A DNA stretch of 64,000 bases, from positions 1-64,000 of the forward strand of contig OZ025792.1 in assembly GCA_964019425.1 (NCBI GenBank), in the 5' to 3' direction. The notes beneath the pieces were generated by a model, which was given only the letters and a program-made list of their open reading frames with translations, made no database searches and was not told where the DNA came from. This document shows positions 57,250 through 64,000 of this stretch, in pieces. Position 1 is the stretch's first letter, and each line of letters begins with the position of its first letter. The position numbers and the translations under genes were made by a program. The DNA comes from Flectonema sp. DT1601. Its lineage: Eukaryota.

Positions 57250-57861
57250 CTATCTGAATCTTATTCCGCGGAGACCAAATAACTTTTCTCCCAATCGGGC
57301 TCCTGAGTGACTGCCGAATGCACCTGCAGCGGAGGTGGACGCGATGTCAGCTAACCGTTTGACTGGTTTAAACCACTTGTTGTCCAATAGTCCTCCTAAT
57401 TCAATCCAAGATAACTGTTGATGTGTGTAAAAGAAAGTCACAACAGATGACTGGGAAGATGTCATTTGCGCGAGCATCTTCTTTGACAGCGGAAGTTTAT
57501 CCTTCCCCGACTCAGACGTCATTACTGTAATTTCAAGACCACGAAATTCTCGCTTTGCATTTTCAATTGAGTCCTTCTGTTCTTTAGTGAGTGTGACACT
57601 AATAATACAAGCCTTCTTTCCATATGATGTTTCCAACTGTTCTGCGGTCATGAACACACCACCAGTCTTTTGAAGAATGTCCATTTGCACTTTCGTCAAT
57701 GAGATAATGTCCCCTCCGGCTTTTGACGTGTCGAGTCTCAGATGAAGTCCAATTCCCTGAGATACAGCTTTGTCTATATCTTGTTTCTGAGATACAGATA
57801 ACATGACCGACACATTAACGCAATCACTCCCTCTCATTTCCGAGAGTTCCCAGTCATCCAT
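57250..57861 (-). CDS. Orphan 203-aa protein with an internal duplication, resembling a Polinton/adintovirus virion (core) protein
   Basis: Two repeats V.L[ST]..QK..I..A.....GL.[LI]......G.D.[IL].L[TS]K........QL, then GG|LL and an amphipathic G/A-rich tail. The ORF is well supported; the family call is from memory of the motif. Confidence 0.6.
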   Translation of the reverse strand: MDDWELSEMRGSDCVNVSVMLSVSQKQDIDKAVSQGIGLHLRLDTSKAGGDIISLTKVQMDILQKTGGVFMTAEQLETSYGKKACIISVTLTKEQKDSIENAKREFRGLEITVMTSESGKDKLPLSKKMLAQMTSSQSSVVTFFYTHQQLSWIELGGLLDNKWFKPVKRLADIASTSAAGAFGSHSGARLGEKLFGLRGIRFR

Positions 57862-58081
57862 TTTGTAAGTTGTAATAACGAGATAGAACAACTGAATAAT
57901 TATTTATAAATATTTGAGTTTCTCTACAAAATGAAGTTTCAGCCGCTTAAAACTAAAACAAAGAGGGCGCAATGCCGTAATCCTTTCGATCGCAAGAAAT
58001 AGTTAATAAGAGGAAAGTTGCTGACCATTTTTAAAGAACAGCACGGAATGGAATATAAAGTGTAACGCACGACTTCTGATC

Positions 58082-59332
58082 TCATTCATCCTTGCAAAAT
58101 GACATCACAGGAACCTCATCTACTTCTATCCCAGAGATCTTCATGTTTCTAGTAAACCATGAAAACCAATTAAGACGTTTGGAGTACTCAGCCTCACAGA
58201 TGTCGGAATTCCAGGATGAAAGAAAGCTGATTGGATCCACACGTGCAGGGTTAATTGCCACCGAAAACGCAGCAGGTAGAACATCCCGAGCAGCAGCCAA
58301 AACACCAGACGGTATTGGCAATGACAATAAGAAGTCATCCAACGTTAAGACTTCTGTAATCATCCGAATAGCCTCCTCAAGACCTAAGATGTTATGCTTT
58401 TCGGCAATCATTCGAAGTTTGTGTTGTTTGTAACTAACTGCTTTGATAATTAAATGCATTGCTTCTGGATATTGAACAGTTACACTTACATCATCATGTA
58501 TTATGGGGGTTCGTATACTTTCACAACTTGAAATAGCATAGTGGAGAACATCTTCCCAAGTTCTTCCAGCAACTTCCAATCCAATGCTCATGTGTAAGGA
58601 TGGATCTGAACCTTGTTGAAAAGCCTGGTGGGGTACACCTCTGGGTAAATAGAGACAGTCGTTCTCTTCCAGGACGTACTCAGTGTAAGGGTACCCGCTA
58701 TTTTCAAGAAACGTAACATTCGACACATGATGAGAAGACGTTAAGTTCAAGAATGATAATTCAGATTCTGTGCAGCTTTCTTTGTCTTGCATCGCATCCC
58801 ACACTCTCCATTTCTTCTGCCCCTCTACTTGGCATGCAATGACGTCCATGTAATCTTGGTGGACAGGAACACCAGTTCCACGTGTTGTGTAGTATAAAGA
58901 TGTGCTTCCTTCAAGTTGCAGTGTGGATGAGATGCTGTGCTGGAGACTTCGAATGTTATAAAACCTTCCGTCAGCATCGGTCATTATCAAAGTACCCTCC
59001 GCTTCTTGTGTTGATGACAAGAGTTGTTCGCCACCAAGCCTTCCATGTGTGTGTGACCTTTCCTTTATGTATTCTTCCTTATTCCCGATTGAACCTATTT
59101 GAATATCTTCTCCCAGTCTCAGTCCTGCTTCGTTCTGTTTAAAACCCCAAATTACTTCTACAACACTCCACTGGTTGTTAATAACCCTAACTATCTCGGA
59201 CATAGCTACTTTCGGAATAGCGCTGGATTTCCACTTGCATACTTTATTTTCCCAACAGCTATCTTTGAACCCCTCCGGAAATATGCTCTCTGTCGCCGCG
59301 AGCATACCAAACAGTGTACAAGCAACAATCAT
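58082..59332 (-). CDS. JmjC/cupin-4 2-oxoglutarate oxygenase (RIOX/NO66/YcfD-like)
   Basis: SLYYT...GVPVHQDYMDVIACQVEGQKKWRVW, LEENDCLYLPRGVPHQA, SLHMSIG; HxD...H metal triad intact. Confidence 0.88.
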   Translation of the reverse strand: MIVACTLFGMLAATESIFPEGFKDSCWENKVCKWKSSAIPKVAMSEIVRVINNQWSVVEVIWGFKQNEAGLRLGEDIQIGSIGNKEEYIKERSHTHGRLGGEQLLSSTQEAEGTLIMTDADGRFYNIRSLQHSISSTLQLEGSTSLYYTTRGTGVPVHQDYMDVIACQVEGQKKWRVWDAMQDKESCTESELSFLNLTSSHHVSNVTFLENSGYPYTEYVLEENDCLYLPRGVPHQAFQQGSDPSLHMSIGLEVAGRTWEDVLHYAISSCESIRTPIIHDDVSVTVQYPEAMHLIIKAVSYKQHKLRMIAEKHNILGLEEAIRMITEVLTLDDFLLSLPIPSGVLAAARDVLPAAFSVAINPARVDPISFLSSWNSDICEAEYSKRLNWFSWFTRNMKISGIEVDEVPVMSFCKDE

Positions 59333-59465
59333 ACTCTTGTAATAATCTGTTAGTTAATTAGTGAATTTTATAACAATATCCTTCATACATAATTCATCAT
59401 CCCCCACCTACAGCAACCTAGAAACGCTAAGACAATGCTTTCCTCATTCATTTCTATGACACCGA

Positions 59466-59930
59466 CTAGAAGGAACCAATAAATCCGTTCTCAATATCAC
59501 TTTGTAAGTGAGTATTAGAAGTCCCTTTTACTTCACCCGTGACTGAAACCACAAACTTTGCGGTGTAGTTCCACCTAGTGTCTATATTAACGTTGTTCTC
59601 TCTCATCCAGCGATATACAGGTCTGGCATTCTTTCCTTTAACATTACCATTCTCAAGGATTATGAGATCGGCAGGACCATTTTTACCAGCGAAGTCTTTC
59701 ACTTTACAACTTTCCACATATTCTTGAGCATATTGCCTCGATGGTAATGCTACAATATCAAAATTTCTCTTCCCATACCTCAAAGCCAATTCTGACATTT
59801 GTCTGTATTCACCCATTGCAAAGGAGCACATTGAAGCAACATTCACTCCGAATACTACTCTATTCTTGAATCTCGAGAAATCTACTTCCACCCCGTTAAT
59901 ATCCCGTTCTTTAATGTCGTAGAAATCCAT
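59466..59930 (-). CDS. Cys-type glutathione peroxidase-like protein
   Basis: FYD..DING..VDFS.F.NRV...VNVASMC (TGC codon, not Sec), ALPSRQYAQE, VKG..A.PVYRW, WNYT.KFVV. Confidence 0.88.
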   Translation of the reverse strand: MDFYDIKERDINGVEVDFSRFKNRVVFGVNVASMCSFAMGEYRQMSELALRYGKRNFDIVALPSRQYAQEYVESCKVKDFAGKNGPADLIILENGNVKGKNARPVYRWMRENNVNIDTRWNYTAKFVVSVTGEVKGTSNTHLQSDIENGFIGSF

Positions 59931-60029
59931 ATTACCTGCCGCTGTATGTCGACAACGATCAGAGTCAGAAAAAAGAGAGATTTATACTAATTTTACGAAG
60001 AAGAGAGTTTCCTAACAATAAATAAAAAA

Positions 60030-61095
60030 CTCCCCAGGAGGCGTCATATTATGCGGTGGTAGTGGAAACTCGGATTCTGCCACTTAGGGCCAGCCGCAAG
60101 GGGTTGGCCATACTGACCATCGCCTCGGGCACTGGGCTAAAGGCGTCCACTCACACGAGTGGGAAGAGTTGCTCCAAGAAAAAAAAGGAGGGAAAAAAAG
60201 ATCCATGAGAGCAAAGGATCAAGAGAAGAAGTGCACATTCCCCATCCCAAACTCAGAAACATGAGAACTCATTAAATTGAAGGGCCGGAGTGAGAAGTCT
60301 ATCCATGCTGAAGACTTCAATGCACACCATGTGTACTGGTCGAAGAAAACTGACACTAAGGGATGACCTCCTCAACTGGTCTGGAAAAGAAGACCTCTTG
60401 ATAGCCAATCCTCCCGGTCTTGCGTCCTTGCCAAGACATGGTACGACACCTGATGTCATATTTTATCGAAGAATTACAGCTGCTTCAGTTGAACTAATTG
60501 AAGATGGTGTTGAGCATCGTTCCGATTATTTGCCGCTGTTTGATACTTTCGACACATTCTCGCCGCTCGAATCATCCAACAACCACGCATCGAGAAAATC
60601 TGTGTGGGACTTCAATACAGGTGATTGGTACTCATTCCGACAGTATTTGGATTTCAGAATCTGCAAGGCTAGTTCCTCTGGTGACGTTGGGATCAGAGCT
60701 CGGACATTTAACTGCATCGTACTACTCTGCTAAGAAAAATATCAGGAGGAGGTAAAGAATAAAGGGCAAAAGGAGGCGTCTATGGAATGCGTCCGCTCCC
60801 GAAACAAACAAGCCAAGGGTAAGTTCATCTCCGAAAGGCTCTCTAAAGGCGATGGTTTTGCCTTCAAGAAGATAAAAGATCTTGAGGCTGACGGTGGTCA
60901 AGATATCTGTATCTCCGAGTTCGACGAAAAACAGTTACCCGATAAATTTTTAAATCAGTACATCAAAGCCTCGAAAAAGCCGAAGTTGAAATCACCGACT
61001 GTCAAGCCTGAAGACTTCGATGGAGTTTGTCGTCCGCTTGTGATGTCGGAACTTGAAAACGCACTCAGAAAGGTGTAGCCGGGTAAGGCACCAGA
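60030..61095 (+). mobile_element. Decayed non-LTR retrotransposon (APE endonuclease + start of RT), antisense to the gene cluster
   Basis: Frameshifted APE motifs EDFNAHHVYW (60310-60339), DDLLNW..LLIAN, TTPDV, SDYLPL, WDFNTGDWYSF; RT-upstream motif PLVMSELENALRKV*PGKAP. Assignment to the ingi/L1Tc group is only an inference. Confidence 0.8.
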
Positions 61096-61839
61096 ACGGG
61101 TTCCCACCCCTTGCTGAGACAAAGTGAAGTACCCTTTTTGTAGAAGGACGGACTCATCACCTAGACACTTGATGTTTACTCTGCTCTTGTACGCATCAGA
61201 AATGGAACAATTGGATCTGTCATGGAAGAAGCGAATATTTCAAAGAAGGAACTCAGCCTGCTATTTATGTTCGCTACGAGGAACTTACATTCCCTCGCTG
61301 GCTTCATATAGCATTTAGAACAATGGACGGCAACAAGCTGTTATCAGAAGTTACTATCTTTTTAGTATATCATACTCATACATCACTCCTAATTCATCTC
61401 CTAATAACTCTCTGAGGACATCCGTAGAGCTTCATAGCTCGTAGGTAACCCAGTGGTCTTTGGCCACCGTCTCCGTATTGATCATTCGCTTTGTACTTAC
61501 AGTGTCGTGAGCTTCCTATCGGGGAAGTCCTCCAACGGACTCACAACAGTTGCACTCGTTGTTGCTTATTTACTTAGTAATAAGAAGAGCGAATATGCTC
61601 AGAAAGAATAAAAACAAAGTAGAAAGACAGGGGGGATGTGAAAAAAATCAAAGGCCGCCCCCCAACCCAAGAAAAGGATGAAAAACTTTCAAGCGAAAAA
61701 ACTTGACGTCCGTACGCCCCAGAGATCAAAGGACGGACGACTCACACCCCCTTCGTTCGCCCCATTTTATTAACTGGTACAGCGACAAATGTAAAGCTGG
61801 GTAGACGACGAATTATCTTTTGTGCACAGAGACAAGGGG

Positions 61840-61922
61840 TCCATGAGAACAAAGGAACAAGAGAAGAAGTGCACATTCCCCATCCCAAACCCAGAAACAT
61901 GAGAACTCATTAAATTGAAGGG
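61840..61922 (+). repeat. Diverged direct copy of 60202-60284 (5' part of the retroelement)
   Basis: Shared ccatgaga..aagagaagaagtgcacattcccc..cagaaacatgagaactcattaaattgaaggg. Confidence 0.9.
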
Positions 61923-61991
61923 TCATGTCTTTTCAAGTCGAAAAATGCTTAAATGCTGAAGAAGACTGTCGTCCCCAGCTCGCGGGTTTTC

Positions 61992-62083
61992 CCTGTCGCT
62001 GTATGTCGAGACAACGATCAGAGTCAGTAGAAAGAGTATACTAATTTACGGTGTATTTTTGAGTGACGAAGAAAGAAGTTTCC
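61992..62083. repeat. Diverged direct copy of 59936-60012 (region immediately upstream of the peroxidase ATG)
   Basis: Shared cgctgtatgtcga..caacgatcagagtcag..tatactaattt..acgaaga..agtttcc. Confidence 0.85.
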
Positions 62084-62097
62084 ATTTTATCTTCCCG

Positions 62098-62168
<71 letters not shown>
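62098..62168 (+). repeat. Poly(A) tract, 71 nt
   Basis: Direct reading of the sequence. Confidence 0.95.
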
Positions 62169-62171
<3 letters not shown>

Positions 62172-62411
62172 ATCATACTTGTACCCCTTTAAAGGGGAAT
62201 TAAAAATTAAAGCGGAAATAAAGGGCTTTTAATATTAAAGGGCTTTTAATTAATTCCCCTTTATTTTCCAATTTAATGAAATAAAGGGGAATTAAAGGGG
62301 ATTTAATGAATTAAAGGGCCCTTTATTTTAAAATTAAAGGGGATTTAATTCCCCTTTAATTTGGAAAAATAAAAATAAAGGGCTTTTAATGGTTTTTAAT
62401 TAAAAAAAAAA

Positions 62412-62484
62412 TCCTCCACCAGGACTCGAACCTGCAGCCTAGCGAATGCAAATCCACAATCATACCAGTGGACAACCAGTGTCA
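62412..62484 (-). pseudogene. tRNA-like element (tRNA pseudogene or tRNA-derived SINE head)
   Basis: Minus strand has a perfect B box GGTTCGAGTCC inside a cagg/cctg T-stem, an A-box-like TTGTCCACTGG, and a following oligo-T. The acceptor stem does not pair and the anticodon loop is irregular. Confidence 0.6.
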
Positions 62485-64000
62485 CTTAAAAAAGTTTTTT
62501 TTTTTTTTTTTTTTTTTTTTTTGGTTACACTCGTCTGTGCTACCAAACTCTTTGTTTTTGTTCTTTTCACTTCTATGTTTTGTCTTTCTTTTATACTTTC
62601 TTTTTGACTTAAGTCTGACAGTTTTTTTTTAATTTTCTTTCCTATATTCTTATTGCGGGAATTATCCTTGCAAGGAATTTCTCCTCAAAAATCGTTATTT
62701 CACAAGATTCTTCTCCCACAAAAATAATTCCTGATCAAGGAAAATTTTTTACTGGGGGTTTCCTTTGGTTATCTGGTAAGGAATTATTATTGTGAGGAAT
62801 TTTTTTTTTGGAAATTTTTTTTTCAGCAAAAATTCTTGAGTTCCTCACAAGAATTTCGGCACGAGGTATTAAGTTGCTCGACCTTCGCTGTTTTTTTCGA
62901 TACGTGATTAGTCCGTTAGAGGACTGTCGGTGTGAAAGGAAAGAAAGTCGGAACGGTGGCCAAAGATTAGTGAGTTGACTGAGTTGGTCAGTTACCAGCA
63001 TGGTAGCTAGCGGTTTCCTTATGATGTTAAATATCGTTATGATGATATAGTTGTATTTTACAAATCAAACTCAAACGCCCCCCTTCCTGGTGTTCGTCTT
63101 GGTGATTAATTCACAGTTGAATAACTCGATTCCGTACTGCACTGAATGACAACACGGAAAAAAGAGATGTGTATGCAGCTGAGAGGAATCGTAACTTCAA
63201 GTGCTTTTGCATTCTGAAGATTGCAATGGATGATAATTAAATCTGTCAGTGAGTATCAATTGGTGGGTAGACCACCGAAGTTACTGTGAACAAACCAGCG
63301 TGTCCAAAGCAGGCGTTCGTCTTGTATTTTACGTATAAAATCCAACAGTTAACCCCCTTCAAGTTTTCAAGACAATATAATTATTAATTAAATACTCATG
63401 GGTTTTATAAAAAACTGTTGCGGTTACATAAGCAAGTGGTGCTCAACTATGTTCACGTGGTATTTATTTATCTGCAGTCATTTACTACGCTGCCGCTGAC
63501 AGTCAAGATTGTCAGAGAAATACCTGGTCAATTTGACTTGACATCATTTTTTCTCGCAATTTTAAAATAAAAATTTTCTCCTCTCTTTAGGCTATTACTA
63601 CAAACTTTATTTTCAATCTCTCAAGACAAAAGCTTATGTGGGAACAATTAGACAGGAGCATGATATCCAAAAGTTACATGTCTGAAATCATGGAGAATAC
63701 ATTCTTTCGGAGTTGCTTTAACCAGTAGAATCAGATGCGTGGTCCGTTCCGGTAGGACTCCCTTCTTACGAATGTGTGGTGCCTCGTGTTAGCGCTTTGG
63801 ATAGTAATAACCATTGGCGGCGACTATGCACGGGGTGGCCAGTGGGTTTAATGAGGTCGTTGTGTAATCCCCTTCCATGGCTCTGTTTCGGCATGCTGGA
63901 AAGCGAAGCTCTGAAGTTTACTTCAGGTTAGTCTTGTAAGCCTATCCTTCCGGTTCAGTTCTCGGCTTGGTTGATTCCCTCGATCGTCCCATCCAGGAGT

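Noticed and set aside
59800..59850. Selenocysteine in the glutathione peroxidase
   Set aside because: The active-site codon is TGC (Cys); there is no in-frame TGA.
60060..60125. Hammerhead ribozyme (GAAAC ... CTGACCA)
   Set aside because: CTGACCA departs from CUGANGA and the stems do not abut the core correctly.
62170..62400. TTAAAGGG-like telomeric repeats
   Set aside because: Irregular, present in both orientations and directly after a 71-nt homopolymer; likely low-complexity sequence or a sequencing artefact.
63660..64000. GC-richer segment at the window end, possibly another element
   Set aside because: All three minus-strand frames contain stops, no motif was recognised, and it is truncated by the window.
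1..64000. CRISPR arrays, prokaryotic operons or defence systems
   Set aside because: No repeat-spacer arrays; gene content and introns are eukaryotic.

Overview
Eukaryotic genomic window, most consistent with a euglenozoan protist such as a diplonemid (inference). Every supportable protein gene lies on the minus strand in a dense, polycistron-like cluster, with a few short (63-81 nt) GT-AG introns. Positions 1-16195 are a tandem array of ~3.2 kb units (5 complete copies plus 1 partial) of a GC-rich, secreted papain-family (C1A, cathepsin L-like) protease. Between its signal peptide and I29 prodomain it carries three Cys-rich repeats that I do not recognise. The remaining genes are MKS1, two distantly related IQ-like proteins, a G/K-rich RRM + LOTUS-like protein, a secreted Asp-box propeller with a cruzipain-type C-terminal domain, PTPDC1, GCDH, a pair of RCC1-like-repeat membrane proteins (one with a tyrosine-kinase-like pseudokinase), an EF-hand/WD40 gene, a small secreted protein, two DUF4419 paralogs, a GT61, an LRR protein, an orphan resembling a Polinton/adintovirus virion protein, a JmjC oxygenase and a glutathione peroxidase. 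The window also holds displaced fragments of the protease and DUF4419 genes, a decayed APE-RT retrotransposon with a structured 5' leader, and a tRNA-like element. All homology calls come from motif recognition by eye; no searches were run.
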